From a bacterium (lineage in GTDB: Bacteria; Patescibacteriota; Minisyncoccia; Phycocordibacterales; UBA5272): DNA of 64,000 bases. Position numbers and translations under genes: made by a program. The notes under the pieces were generated by a model that ran no database searches, had not been told where the DNA came from, and saw nothing but the letters and a program-made list of their open reading frames with translations. Shown here one piece after another: positions 28,770 to 39,625 of the stretch. Location: the NCBI GenBank assembly GCA_027482685.1, contig JAIXVU010000009.1, forward strand, positions 14,866-78,865, given 5' to 3'. Numbering within the stretch: the first letter of the stretch is position 1; the number at the start of each line of letters is the position of its first letter.

Positions 28770-31700
28770 ATGAACGACAACAAACCAAAATCAGTTAATG
28801 AAAAAGAACTAGAGACACTTGCTTTCTGGCAAGAGAATCACATCTTTGAAAAGTCAGTTGCAACTCCCGCAGGAGATATTTCAAAAGGAGCATATTCATT
28901 TTATGATGGGCCACCATTTGCAACAGGGCTTCCTCACCATGGATCACTTATGGCAGGGACGGTGAAAGATGTTATTCCTCGGTATCAGACAATGAAAGGG
29001 AATAGTGTTCGTCGTGTGTGGGGGTGGGATTGTCATGGGCTACCGATTGAGAACTTGATTGAAAAGAAGCTCGGGTTAAGGAGTAAGAAGGATATTGAGG
29101 AATACGGAATTGATAAATTTAATCGTGATGCATATGAGAGTGTGCTAGAGTACGAGGAAGAATGGAAGAGTATTATTCCACGAGTAGGTAGATGGGTTGA
29201 TATGGAGCATCCATACAAAACAATGGATGCAACGTATACCGAAAGTATATGGTGGGCGTGGAAGACACTCTACGAGAAAGGTCTCGCATACGAAGGGAAT
29301 AAGATGATGCACATCTGTCCGAGATGTGAGACACCACTTGCACAATCTGAGGTTGGTCTTGAATATACTGATGTCACAGATATATCGGTGACGGCAAAGT
29401 TTGAGCTTGCGGATGAGCCGGGGACATTTGTTCTTGCGTGGACAACTACTCCGTGGACATTACCAGGGAATACTGCTCTTGCTGTGAATAAGGATATTAT
29501 TTATGCAAAAGTAAAAACTATTGTAGAAGGACATACATCTCATTATATTTTAGCGAAAAGTAAAATAGAAGAATATTTTAAGAATGATACCACTATAGAA
29601 ATTATAGAAGAATTTGCTGGCGATACACTTATTGGAAAATCATACAATCCAGTATTCCCATATTTTATAGACAAAGAAATTGAAAACAAAAAAAACATTT
29701 GGAAGATTTGGCATGCGGATTTTATAACAGAAGATGCAGGAACTGGTATTGCGCATGAAGCACCAGCGTTTGGTGCAGAAGATATGGAGCTTGCAAAAGC
29801 ACATAACATTCCGATTATCAAACACGTAAAAATGGACGGAACATTCACCTCTGATGTTGCAGATTTTGCCGGAATGAAAGTGAAGCAGAAAGATGATACA
29901 CAATCTGCTGATATAGAGATCATCAAATGGCTTGCACATAATGGCAAGTTATTTGAGAAGCATAAGATAATTCACTCATATCCGCTCTGTTGGAGGTGCA
30001 AGACACCGCTACTTAACTACGCAACATCATCATGGTTCGTTGATGTTCCAAAGATGAAAGATAAACTCATAGCAGAAAACCAAAAGATAGGCTGGACCCC
30101 AGAACACATTAGAGATGGGAGGTTCGGTAAGTGGCTAGAAGGCGCTCGTGAATGGGCAGTATCACGAACACGTTACTGGGGAGCACCGCTTCCTGTATGG
30201 AAGTCAGATGATGGAGATATGAAAGTTATCGGCTCACTTAAAGAGCTTGCTGAATTTTCAACCAAGAAACCAAAAAATATATATTTTGCAGTTCGTCATG
30301 GTGAGTCACTTAGTAATATCAATCATGTACTTGATACACATCGTGATCCAGATAACCATCTGACTGAACGTGGTCGCGAGCAGGCAAAACATGCAGGGGA
30401 GTTCGCAAAGACTAAAGGAGTAGATGTTATCTTGGCTTCGCCATATGTACGTACACAAGAAACAGCCACTATCATTGGTGAGCATCTAGGGGTTCCTGTT
30501 ATTACGCATGAAGATTTGCAGGAGTTTAACGTTGGTATCTTTTCAGGAAAGAGTGTTGATGATTTGCATGCGTATCAACATACAAACATTCATTCATTTG
30601 ATGACCGTATAGAAAAAGGTGAGTCATATCGTGATGTCATGTATCGTATGATGCGAGTAGTTCATGAGTGTGAAGAAAAGTATGAAGGGAAGAAAATACT
30701 TTTCGTGACACATGGCTCACCACTATGGATGTTCCAGATGACAGCAACGCTTACAACAGATGAGGACATGATGAAGGATGTGTTAAGCAAAGAAGATGTT
30801 TCACCAGCAAATGGTCATGTTTTCCACATAACACCGTATATCGTTCCGCGTGACGAAACAGGAGCCGTTAATCTCCATCGTCCATATATTGATAGTGTAG
30901 AACTTACAATTGATGGAAAGATATATAAGCGAATACCTGATGTGTTTGATTGCTGGTTTGAGTCAGGGTCCATGCCGTTTGCATCGATTCATTATCCATT
31001 TGAGAACAGAGAAGTCTTTGACAAAAATTATCCTGCAGACTTTATCGCAGAGAGCATGGACCAGACACGTGGATGGTTTTATTCATTAATCAACTTAGGT
31101 GTTGGTTTATTTGACAAAGCACCATACAAGCATGTTATTTGTAATGGCTTAATTAATGCAGCAGACGGGAAAAAGTTAAGTAAGAGTCTCAGTAACTACA
31201 CCGACCCATTACTCTTGGTCGAGAAGTTCGGTGCAGATGCCTTTAGATATTATTTAATGTCTAGCCCTGTTGTAAAAGGCGAAGGAGTTAACTTTGATGA
31301 TAAAGAGTTAGAAGATGTATACAAAAAGTGTGTGAGTCGTCTTGATAATGTTGTTCAATTGTACGAGATGAATAAACCAGAGAGTGTTGTTGCAAAAAAT
31401 ACTTCACCAAAAGTTCTTGATATCTGGATGGTATCTCGCGTTCATGAGGTGGTTCGTGATGCAACACTTGGATATGATGCGTACAAGTTAGATGAGGCGA
31501 CACGAGGGATTGCAGGCATCATTGATGATGTATCTGTGTGGTATACACGCAGGTCACGCGACCGTTTGAAGGGGGATACAGGAGTAGAAGACCAGTTGTT
31601 TGCTTACGAGACTCTGACTTATGTTCTACAGAGTCTTGCAAAAGTTATGGCACCCGTTATGCCGTTTATTGCTGAGCGGGTATATCAAGGCGCAGGCGGC

Positions 31701-32204
31701 AAAAAAGAATCAGTTCATCTAGAGAGTTGGCCAGAAGTGGGTGAAATTAATAATAATGTCCTTACATCGATGAAGCAAACTCGTGATCTTGTTTCAGAAG
31801 TATTGATGACACGAAATAAACTAAATATTCCTGTTCGACAACCACTCGCAACACTGACTATATCCTGTACAATTACAGATGAGTATCTTGATATCATTAA
31901 AGATGAAGTTAATGTCAAAAATATTATACGAGGTGATACGATGTTACTTGATACAGTGATTACCCCAGAATTACAAACTGAAGGAGATATTCGTAATCTA
32001 ATGCGCGCCATTCAAGACGCTCGTAAACAGATGGGGCTTTCACCTAGAGATGAAGTTAAACTTATAACGTCATACTCTATACCAGAGCTACATACAGCAG
32101 AACTTATGAAGACTTGTAATGTAGTACAAATAGAAAATGGAGAAGGAGAGTACAAAGCTGAGACAGTAACCGGCACTGTTGTATTTGGACTAACTAAAAT
32201 CTAA
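28770..32204 (+). CDS. ileS: Isoleucyl-tRNA synthetase (type 2) carrying an inserted histidine-phosphatase (PGAM-like) domain
   Basis: HHG/HIGH-like PHHGSLMAG, KMSKS (KLSKSLSNY), and the CP1 editing domain are present. Residues ~504-690 (nt ~30279-30836) carry the RHGESxxN and THG histidine-phosphatase motifs between WAVSRTRYWGAPLPVW and DCWFESGSMPF. Confidence 0.85.
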   Translation: MNDNKPKSVNEKELETLAFWQENHIFEKSVATPAGDISKGAYSFYDGPPFATGLPHHGSLMAGTVKDVIPRYQTMKGNSVRRVWGWDCHGLPIENLIEKKLGLRSKKDIEEYGIDKFNRDAYESVLEYEEEWKSIIPRVGRWVDMEHPYKTMDATYTESIWWAWKTLYEKGLAYEGNKMMHICPRCETPLAQSEVGLEYTDVTDISVTAKFELADEPGTFVLAWTTTPWTLPGNTALAVNKDIIYAKVKTIVEGHTSHYILAKSKIEEYFKNDTTIEIIEEFAGDTLIGKSYNPVFPYFIDKEIENKKNIWKIWHADFITEDAGTGIAHEAPAFGAEDMELAKAHNIPIIKHVKMDGTFTSDVADFAGMKVKQKDDTQSADIEIIKWLAHNGKLFEKHKIIHSYPLCWRCKTPLLNYATSSWFVDVPKMKDKLIAENQKIGWTPEHIRDGRFGKWLEGAREWAVSRTRYWGAPLPVWKSDDGDMKVIGSLKELAEFSTKKPKNIYFAVRHGESLSNINHVLDTHRDPDNHLTERGREQAKHAGEFAKTKGVDVILASPYVRTQETATIIGEHLGVPVITHEDLQEFNVGIFSGKSVDDLHAYQHTNIHSFDDRIEKGESYRDVMYRMMRVVHECEEKYEGKKILFVTHGSPLWMFQMTATLTTDEDMMKDVLSKEDVSPANGHVFHITPYIVPRDETGAVNLHRPYIDSVELTIDGKIYKRIPDVFDCWFESGSMPFASIHYPFENREVFDKNYPADFIAESMDQTRGWFYSLINLGVGLFDKAPYKHVICNGLINAADGKKLSKSLSNYTDPLLLVEKFGADAFRYYLMSSPVVKGEGVNFDDKELEDVYKKCVSRLDNVVQLYEMNKPESVVAKNTSPKVLDIWMVSRVHEVVRDATLGYDAYKLDEATRGIAGIIDDVSVWYTRRSRDRLKGDTGVEDQLFAYETLTYVLQSLAKVMAPVMPFIAERVYQGAGGKKESVHLESWPEVGEINNNVLTSMKQTRDLVSEVLMTRNKLNIPVRQPLATLTISCTITDEYLDIIKDEVNVKNIIRGDTMLLDTVITPELQTEGDIRNLMRAIQDARKQMGLSPRDEVKLITSYSIPELHTAELMKTCNVVQIENGEGEYKAETVTGTVVFGLTKI

Positions 32205-32230
32205 AGCCTACAATCTAATCTCTATCTCTC

Positions 32231-32785
32231 ATGGCTATAGAAAAATACGTCACCAAATGCATCGTCATAGATTCTTTTGATAACGGCGAACATGATAGAG
32301 TCTATAAACTTTTCACACGTGAGTTCGGTCTTGTGCTTGCTCGTGCTACGAGTGTTAGAAAGCTTGAGAGTAAACTACGTGCACATGTCATACCTCGTTC
32401 ATGCTCACTTGTTACCCTGGTGCAAGGGCGTGAGACGTGGCGATTGGTTGGAGCAGAAGGAAACCAAATAAAAGAAACGTTTATGTACGAAGTAGCAGAA
32501 CTTCTCAAGCGATTTATTCGTGGAGAGGGGGCGCATAAAAATCTATATGACAAGGTTCTTACTCTTATTGAGACAAGTAAACGCTACGATGAACAAAAGC
32601 GAAGGTTATTATTGTACTACATTCTCTTGGTTGAACTTGGATATGCGGATGCGAGAGTAATTGGTGCAAAGGATGTACAAGAATACATGAGTTGGTCTGT
32701 TGATGATCTTTACACCCACATCATCCTTGCATATACACCTGTACGAGAACATGTGCAGGCTGTGCTTAAAGAGATGCAACTATAG
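32231..32785 (+). CDS. RecO-like DNA repair protein (short form)
   Basis: The N-terminal OB-like region YKLFTREFGLVLARA resembles RecO; the ORF is 184 aa. Confidence 0.35.
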   Translation: MAIEKYVTKCIVIDSFDNGEHDRVYKLFTREFGLVLARATSVRKLESKLRAHVIPRSCSLVTLVQGRETWRLVGAEGNQIKETFMYEVAELLKRFIRGEGAHKNLYDKVLTLIETSKRYDEQKRRLLLYYILLVELGYADARVIGAKDVQEYMSWSVDDLYTHIILAYTPVREHVQAVLKEMQL

Positions 32786-32817
32786 GCGAACTTCTTGGTA
32801 TACTATAGTCCTAACAT

Positions 32818-34689
32818 ATGGACCCTCTTAAAAAACCTTCCCAAGGAAGCGCTCTAGATAGAATTGAAAATACACTGTATGATCCGAAGAAAAAACCGGA
32901 TGATTTTATGATGCATCAATCACGGGATAAAGTAGCGAAAGAGTTGCCAAGCTCTTGGGGAGATACAACTGCTGTTATTACGCCAACAACAATCAAAGAA
33001 AAAACATCACTTGGCGTAAAGTTACTTATAGTTTCAAGCATACTGCTTGTCGCATCACTATCATTTACTGCGTGGCGAGTACTGTCATCTCAAAATGTTA
33101 TTTCATCAGATAATATTGATATAGCATTACAAGTTTCTCCATACATTGAAGGAGGAGAAGATACTCCGCTGTATGTAACTCTTACGAATAAAAATAAAGT
33201 CTCTCTTGATGTTTCTTCTCTTACTGTGATGTATAAAAAAGGGGTGAGTGCCCAAGATGAAGAAGAAAAAGTAAATGATAAAAAAGATACAGGCAGTATA
33301 ATCGCAGGAGGACAGATAAACCAAACATTCATGGTTTCACTCTTTGGTAGTGAAGGAGAGTCACGAGATATTATTGTGAAGTTCGATTACAAGGTGCCTG
33401 GATCAAACGCTGTCTTTAGTAAGACAGTTTCAACATCGGTCACCATGAAAACCCCGCCTGTTGCTGTTAGTATTGATGGACCGCCTACACTTTCTGTAGG
33501 ACAGGAAGGGGTATTTTCTTTTTCTGTTAAAAACAATACAGCAAGTAGCACAAAAGAAAATCTTTTAGCGCTTACGCTTCCTAATAGTTTCGTCGTTACA
33601 AATGCTTCCCCAAAGGCGCTTAGTCGTAGTACTTCGTTTGTTGTTCCTCCGCTTGAGTCTGGAAAAATATATACAGTAACAGTAACAGGAGCATTTAATG
33701 GGACAGAGGGTGAAGTGACTACAATGAAAGCGATTGTCGGTCCAGAAGGGACTACTCCAACTGCTGTTGGTATTGTGTATGGAACACAGACATATGACGT
33801 TAAGCTCCGCACCTCCCCACTTCTTGTCACTGTAAGTCTTAATACTGATAGAGGGGTATCTGACTCACTTCGTTACGGGGATATAGCGAATCTTACTATT
33901 GCGTACAAAAATACAACAGAAACACTCATTAAAGATATTGATATTAGTGTGGCTTTACAAGGAGAAGCGATTATTGATAAGGATATTCAACCAGAGTCAG
34001 GTTACTATGATTCCGTCAAAAGAGTTATTACATGGGATGCTTCTATTCTGCCAGATTTTGGAACACTTCAACCTCAAGCAGAAAAGACTCTTCGAGTACG
34101 CGTCCCAATAGTACTTAAGGGTAACAACTCACCCAAGCTTGTGCTTGCTATTAATGGTAATGGAACTCTTGTAACAAAAAATGATATTGTTACAAAAGTA
34201 CAGAAGTCATACGCCGTACAAGGAAGTGCGAGTGTGCAAGCTCTTGCAACGTACAAAAATTCTCCAGCTCCGAATCTCGGCCCTATCCCACCAGTTGTTA
34301 ATACTGATACAACATACAACGCACGAGTCATCGTCTCTGCACAAAATGCACTTTCTGATGCATCAGTTACATTTTCGCTTCCGGTATATGTAACATGGCG
34401 TAGCATCGTTGCTGGTAACCTTGATGTCACCTATGATCCTAGATCACGTCTTGTAACATGGAATATAGGTAAAATGGAAGCTGGTAAAACAATTACCTTA
34501 AATGCAGGACTTACTTTTAAGCCATCTCAAAGTCAGGTAGGGCAAATTCCACCACTTACATCTGCTGTTATTTTAAATGCTACAGAAGAAGTATCCCGTG
34601 CGTCAATCCGTACCACTATCTCTCCTATCACAACCTCAATAGCTGGAGAAGTTTGGCCAGTTGATGAAGCTCGCGTTGTTGACAGATAG
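32818..34689 (+). CDS. Large membrane-anchored extracellular protein
   Basis: A single TM helix near residue 70 is followed by ~540 aa of beta-rich sequence. Confidence 0.45.
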   Translation: MDPLKKPSQGSALDRIENTLYDPKKKPDDFMMHQSRDKVAKELPSSWGDTTAVITPTTIKEKTSLGVKLLIVSSILLVASLSFTAWRVLSSQNVISSDNIDIALQVSPYIEGGEDTPLYVTLTNKNKVSLDVSSLTVMYKKGVSAQDEEEKVNDKKDTGSIIAGGQINQTFMVSLFGSEGESRDIIVKFDYKVPGSNAVFSKTVSTSVTMKTPPVAVSIDGPPTLSVGQEGVFSFSVKNNTASSTKENLLALTLPNSFVVTNASPKALSRSTSFVVPPLESGKIYTVTVTGAFNGTEGEVTTMKAIVGPEGTTPTAVGIVYGTQTYDVKLRTSPLLVTVSLNTDRGVSDSLRYGDIANLTIAYKNTTETLIKDIDISVALQGEAIIDKDIQPESGYYDSVKRVITWDASILPDFGTLQPQAEKTLRVRVPIVLKGNNSPKLVLAINGNGTLVTKNDIVTKVQKSYAVQGSASVQALATYKNSPAPNLGPIPPVVNTDTTYNARVIVSAQNALSDASVTFSLPVYVTWRSIVAGNLDVTYDPRSRLVTWNIGKMEAGKTITLNAGLTFKPSQSQVGQIPPLTSAVILNATEEVSRASIRTTISPITTSIAGEVWPVDEARVVDR

Positions 34690-34726
34690 TTTCTTTATGG
34701 CACCTAGGCCTTTATCGTGGTAGGAT

Positions 34727-35779
34727 ATGGATATGAAAGACACTATACGTATCACCATTAGCACAAGCACCTTTATCAAAGCTATTTTGCTTGTAATTTT
34801 GTTTGCAGGGATTTTTTATGCACACGATTTCTTTATTGCGCTTTTAGTCGCAGTCGTTTTAGCTTCTGCGGTAGAGATGCCAGTTCGGTGGCTTATGAAA
34901 TGGGGGGTTCCACGAGCTTTTGCTGTGACCCTCTTACTTGTCTCACTTATTGGTATTATTGCAAGTTTTCTATTTGTACTCCTTCCGCCACTTGCAGATG
35001 ATCTTGCACAATTTGTGAAGTCACTTCCTAAACTTCTAGAGTCTATACGCATTTTTGGAAAAGATTTAGGATTTAAAGATTTATCTCTTTCTATCCAGAG
35101 TCTTTCACAAGATATATCTAAAGGCCAGATCCTTACTGTTATTAAAAATACTCTTTTTGGTAGTAGTGGCTTCTTTGCAACAACGACTGCAGTAATAGGA
35201 GGGGTGTTTAATGTTTTGCTTACTTTTATTTTAGCGTTTTATCTAGCGCTTGAAGATAATGGGGTGCAAAAGTTTTTGAGTTTAGTTGTCCCGAAAAGAG
35301 AGGAGAAATATATTGAAGACCTCTGGAATAGATCACAGAGAAAGATTGGTCTATGGATGCAAGGACAATTATTACTTTCAATCTTTGTTGCACTTCTTGT
35401 CTATGTGCCGATGCTTGTTCTTGATATGCCATATGCAGCGCTTCTTGCAGTGCTTGCATTTTTCGGAGAGCTTATTCCAGTAGTCGGTCTTACGTTTGCT
35501 ACTATACCTGCATTATTCATCGCATATGCGACAGGTGGTGTGGAATTGCTCGGTATAGTAGCGCTCATCTACTTTATCATTGGACAACTTGAAGGTAATG
35601 TTTTGTACCCACGTGTGATGAGTAAGATGGTTGGTGTTCCATCAATAATTGTTCTAATTGGTGTTGTACTGGGGGCAAAATTTGCAGGTATATGGGGTAT
35701 CATTTTATCAGTACCACTGGCTGCTGTGTTTATGGAGCTCGCGTCTGATGTTCAGAAAAGAAAGTCACATGAAGGGTAA
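34727..35779 (+). CDS. AI-2E family (UPF0118/PerM) transporter
   Basis: The 8-TM topology and conserved C-terminal block are typical of AI-2E. Confidence 0.55.
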   Translation: MDMKDTIRITISTSTFIKAILLVILFAGIFYAHDFFIALLVAVVLASAVEMPVRWLMKWGVPRAFAVTLLLVSLIGIIASFLFVLLPPLADDLAQFVKSLPKLLESIRIFGKDLGFKDLSLSIQSLSQDISKGQILTVIKNTLFGSSGFFATTTAVIGGVFNVLLTFILAFYLALEDNGVQKFLSLVVPKREEKYIEDLWNRSQRKIGLWMQGQLLLSIFVALLVYVPMLVLDMPYAALLAVLAFFGELIPVVGLTFATIPALFIAYATGGVELLGIVALIYFIIGQLEGNVLYPRVMSKMVGVPSIIVLIGVVLGAKFAGIWGIILSVPLAAVFMELASDVQKRKSHEG

Positions 35780-37250
35780 TGATACTAAACAATTTTATAT
35801 AACTACCACACTTCCATATGTGAATTCAGATCCGCATATTGGGTTTGCTATGGAAATAATTCGCGCGGATGTTATTGCAAGATATAAGAGGTTACTTGGG
35901 AATGATGTATTTTTTAACACAGGAACTGATGAACACGGAGCAAAGATTTATGAGAATGCAGTAAAAGAAGGGGTTGAAGTTCAAGCATATGTTGACGGAT
36001 ATGCAGAGAAGTTCAAAGAGCTTACGAAAATTCTTAATATCCAAGATGTGCGTTTTATTCGCACTACTGATGAGAAGCATGTGAAAGCTGCCCAAGAAAT
36101 GTGGAAACGCTGTTATGATAACGGGTATATTTATAAGAAAACATATCAGACGAAGTACTGTGTCGGATGTGAGCTAACTAAGACAGATAGTGAGCTTGAT
36201 CATGGTAAATGCCCGATACACCCAAACCGTGAGATTGAACTGATTGATGAAGAGAATTATTTCTTTAAGTTTTCTGAGTTTCAAAAGCCATTACTTGAGT
36301 TTTATCAAAGTCATCCAGATTTTGTCGTGCCAGATTTTAGATATAATGAGATTAAGGCATTTGTTGAGCGTGGACTTGAAGACTTTTCTATCTCACGACT
36401 GAAAGAGAAGATGCCGTGGGGGGTGCCGGTGCCTAATGATGCTTGCGACAAAGGTGATGAGAATAGTCATGTGATGTATGTGTGGTTTGATGCGCTTACG
36501 AGCTACGTCTCGACACTTGGTTGGCCTAACGGAGACGACTTTACGAAGTATTGGGCGCAAGATGGAAATGATAACCGCAAGGTGATTCAGTACTGTGGTA
36601 AGGACAACCTGCGACAACAGTCTGCAATGTGGCAGGCGATGCTCATGGCATCAGGTTTACCTAATTCATCACAGATAATTATTGATGGATTCATTACAAG
36701 TGGCGGACAGAAGATGAGTAAGTCTGTTGGCAATGTCATCAGCCCGTTTGATGTTATAGAGATGTTTAAAGAAGTGACCGACTACCCAGAAGATGTTCTG
36801 CGTTTTGTGTTGCTCCATGATATTTCATCATTTGAAGATGGAGATATAACAATAGAAGGTATTAAAGAAAGTTACCAAGCACATCTTGCAAATGGAATTG
36901 GAAATCTTACAAGTCGTATCATGAAGATGGCGACAAGTAATGAAGTTCGCAGTAAAGAGCAAGAAGTAAGTAGTAAAGTTGAGATAGTAGATTTTGATCT
37001 TAATCATTCATTAAAAAAAATAATTGAAGAGATAAGTAGTATTGATGAATATATTGCCACTAATGAACCTTTCAAAGTTGTTAAGGTTGATGAGGTTAAG
37101 GGGAAAGAAATGATTGTACATTGTCTATCCTCACTTGAGTTAGTTGCAAACAGACTTGCTCTTTATCTCCCAAATACTTCAGCAAAAATTATTGAATGCA
37201 TCCGTGAGAATAAAATGCCAGAAAAGCCATTATTTGGCAGGCTTTCATAA
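35769..37250 (+). CDS. metG: Methionyl-tRNA synthetase
   Basis: YVNSDPHIGFAME is the HIGH-region equivalent, KMSKSVGNV is present, and there are four zinc-knuckle Cys. The start is ATG 35769, overlapping the previous gene by 11 nt. Confidence 0.85.
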   Translation: MKGNDTKQFYITTTLPYVNSDPHIGFAMEIIRADVIARYKRLLGNDVFFNTGTDEHGAKIYENAVKEGVEVQAYVDGYAEKFKELTKILNIQDVRFIRTTDEKHVKAAQEMWKRCYDNGYIYKKTYQTKYCVGCELTKTDSELDHGKCPIHPNREIELIDEENYFFKFSEFQKPLLEFYQSHPDFVVPDFRYNEIKAFVERGLEDFSISRLKEKMPWGVPVPNDACDKGDENSHVMYVWFDALTSYVSTLGWPNGDDFTKYWAQDGNDNRKVIQYCGKDNLRQQSAMWQAMLMASGLPNSSQIIIDGFITSGGQKMSKSVGNVISPFDVIEMFKEVTDYPEDVLRFVLLHDISSFEDGDITIEGIKESYQAHLANGIGNLTSRIMKMATSNEVRSKEQEVSSKVEIVDFDLNHSLKKIIEEISSIDEYIATNEPFKVVKVDEVKGKEMIVHCLSSLELVANRLALYLPNTSAKIIECIRENKMPEKPLFGRLS

Positions 37251-37260
37251 GTACGTTATT

Positions 37261-38115
37261 ATGAAGTACGCATTTTTTGATATACATTCGCATCTACATG
37301 ATAAAGCGTTCGACGATGCAACGAAAGAATCACGTGAGCAGGTGATAGCTGATATGAAGTCTCGTGGAGTAGGAACTATTACTGTTGGTACAGGGCTTCT
37401 AGAATCTCGTGCAGCTATCGCACTAGCTGATGCTCATGATCATATCTACGCAACTATCGGCCAACATCCATGTGACAACGTACTTGAGGAATACGATGCT
37501 GATGCATACAAGAAACTTGCAGTCCATCCACGAGTCGTCGCCATAGGTGAGTGTGGACTGGATTATCACTACATAGAAAACTTTTTCGATAAGGATGTAA
37601 AAGAGAAGGGGTTGCACTGGAACAAAGACGCTGAGAAGGAGCGACAGAAAATAATCTTTCAGAAACAAATTGATCTTGCGATAAAGGTAGGCAAGCCACT
37701 CATGCTCCATGGACGGCCGAGCAAAGGTACGATGGACGCGTATGAAGACATGTTGGATATGTTAGAAGAGGCAAAACAAAAGCATGGAGATATACTACAC
37801 GGGAACGCACATTTCTTCGTAGGGAATATCGATATCGCGGAGAGATTTATTAATATTGGATTCACAATGAGCTTCTCAGGCGTTATCACGTTTACTCATG
37901 AGTATGACGATGTTGTGAGATTTATTCCGCTTGAGATGATACACGCAGAAACAGATAGCCCGTATGCGACACCGCACCCATTTCGTGGACAGCGCAATAG
38001 TCCACTTATGGTCCAAGAGGTTGCTGCTAAGATTGCGGTACTAAGATATGATGATTTTGAAGAGGTCCGAGCTCAGTTACTTGAGAATACAAAACGGATG
38101 TTTGGTATACACTAA
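37261..38115 (+). CDS. tatD: TatD-family metal-dependent hydrolase
   Basis: FDIHSHL and GECGLDYH are present; the start is taken at MKYAFFD. Confidence 0.75.
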   Translation: MKYAFFDIHSHLHDKAFDDATKESREQVIADMKSRGVGTITVGTGLLESRAAIALADAHDHIYATIGQHPCDNVLEEYDADAYKKLAVHPRVVAIGECGLDYHYIENFFDKDVKEKGLHWNKDAEKERQKIIFQKQIDLAIKVGKPLMLHGRPSKGTMDAYEDMLDMLEEAKQKHGDILHGNAHFFVGNIDIAERFINIGFTMSFSGVITFTHEYDDVVRFIPLEMIHAETDSPYATPHPFRGQRNSPLMVQEVAAKIAVLRYDDFEEVRAQLLENTKRMFGIH

Positions 38116-38200
38116 TTCTATCGGTTGACTTTTTCTTTCTAAAAGTGCAGGATACAGGTAAATAGTTCCTGCAACCTTTTAACCTTGACGGAGGTGTGAC

Positions 38201-38473
38201 ATGGCAGATGCCAATATGAAGCAGTATTGTGTCGCAGGCTTCGTTAAGGGGCCGGTTGACAACAAAGACGGGAGTGTGACATTCTTTGTCGGAGGACGAC
38301 GTTTTGTCCTTTCCACAAAAAGTGAGCACAAGGCCAAGCTTGAAAGAGCAAGGCGTGCCCTAGTGCTTTTCACGCTCAAAGAAAACAACAACAACCCCAA
38401 GATCGCCCTTGTTTTTGAAGAGCCGTCTACCAGGTTGATTCTCCAGTACATGAGAGAGAGTGAAAAGTTATAG
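38201..38473 (+). CDS. Small hypothetical protein
   Basis: The 90-aa ORF is followed by a strong terminator (GAGCCGCCAAAGGCGGCTCTTTTCTTTT at 38488-38520). Confidence 0.4.
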   Translation: MADANMKQYCVAGFVKGPVDNKDGSVTFFVGGRRFVLSTKSEHKAKLERARRALVLFTLKENNNNPKIALVFEEPSTRLILQYMRESEKL

Positions 38474-38551
38474 ACAACAAGACCTCTCCATCGAAGAGCC
38501 GCCAAAGGCGGCTCTTTTCTTTTGCCTAAAAATGTGGTAGAGTGATGGTCT

Positions 38552-39064
38552 ATGAATGAAAATAATGAAACCATAGTAGACAGCCGTGTATATGAAATTT
38601 CTTTCATCTTTGATAACAAACTAGATGAAGAAACGGCGCTTGCAAAAAGTAACGCAATCAAGCAGTCTATTGCTACCCTAGGAGGTGGCTTCATCTCAGA
38701 AGAAGCTCCGTATTTACGAGAGCTTGCCTATGAAATGACTCGCGTTGTTAATAACGTTAATATTCGCTTCAATGTTGGATACTTTGGATGGATCAAGTTC
38801 GAACTTGATGCTGATAAAGTAAAAGACCTAGAGAAGGGGATTAAACTAGACGAAGAAGTAGTTCGCTACCTCGTTGTCCAAACCGTTCGTGAGAATACCG
38901 TGTATACAAAACGTGCTCCAGTTATTAAAGCAGAATCATTAGTAAATAATGAGACTGATGACATGATTGCAGAACTTGTAGGTGATGATGTAGCCATTGA
39001 TCCAGTTGCAGAAATTGTACCAGATGTAGTTACTACTGAGGTTACTAGCGAAGAAACAAAATAA
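38552..39064 (+). CDS. rpsF: 30S ribosomal protein S6, with an acidic C-terminal extension
   Basis: YEISFIFD...RELAYEM matches S6, in rpsF-ssb-rpsR synteny. Confidence 0.75.
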   Translation: MNENNETIVDSRVYEISFIFDNKLDEETALAKSNAIKQSIATLGGGFISEEAPYLRELAYEMTRVVNNVNIRFNVGYFGWIKFELDADKVKDLEKGIKLDEEVVRYLVVQTVRENTVYTKRAPVIKAESLVNNETDDMIAELVGDDVAIDPVAEIVPDVVTTEVTSEETK

Positions 39065-39133
39065 GGATTACACTACGTAGTAGTTATTCTGTATTTTCTA
39101 ACAACTATCAACTAGAAACTAACAACTATTATT

Positions 39134-39610
39134 ATGTACCTCAACAAAACTTTTCTTTTCGGAAATCTTACACGTGACCCAGAACAAAAGGCGCTTCCTA
39201 ACGGAACCGCGGTGACTTCTTTCTCAATTGCAACTAACCGTGTTTACAAAGATGCAAATGGTGCAAAGCAAGAACAAGTAGAATATCACAATGTTGTTGT
39301 GTTCGGACGCCAAGCAGAGACAAGTGCACAGTATCTTAAAAAAGGTCAAGGTGTTCTCATTGAAGGACGTATCCAGACGCGTAGCTGGGATGATAAGACT
39401 ACTGGTGAGAAAAAGTATCGTACAGAAATTGTAGCAGATGCAGTGCAGTTTGGGCCGAAAGGTGGTAGTTCTGGCGGAGATGCGGGGGGTTATGCACCAG
39501 CTCCACAAGGAGCTAACCCAACAGTGGCACCGAAGGCATCGAATGCTCCAGATCTCGATACCATAGATTACGGTGACTCATCCATCAATGTTGACGACAT
39601 CCCATTTTAA
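39134..39610 (+). CDS. ssb: Single-stranded DNA-binding protein
   Basis: An OB-fold, a Gly-rich linker, and the C-terminal DDIPF tail are present. Confidence 0.9.
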   Translation: MYLNKTFLFGNLTRDPEQKALPNGTAVTSFSIATNRVYKDANGAKQEQVEYHNVVVFGRQAETSAQYLKKGQGVLIEGRIQTRSWDDKTTGEKKYRTEIVADAVQFGPKGGSSGGDAGGYAPAPQGANPTVAPKASNAPDLDTIDYGDSSINVDDIPF

Positions 39611-39625
39611 CGGCCATTAGCAAAG

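Noticed and set aside
38179-38694. 171-aa minus-strand ORF
   Set aside because: It overlaps the rpsF start antisense and a plus-strand 90-aa ORF that has its own strong terminator; the minus ORF has no RBS or terminator context.
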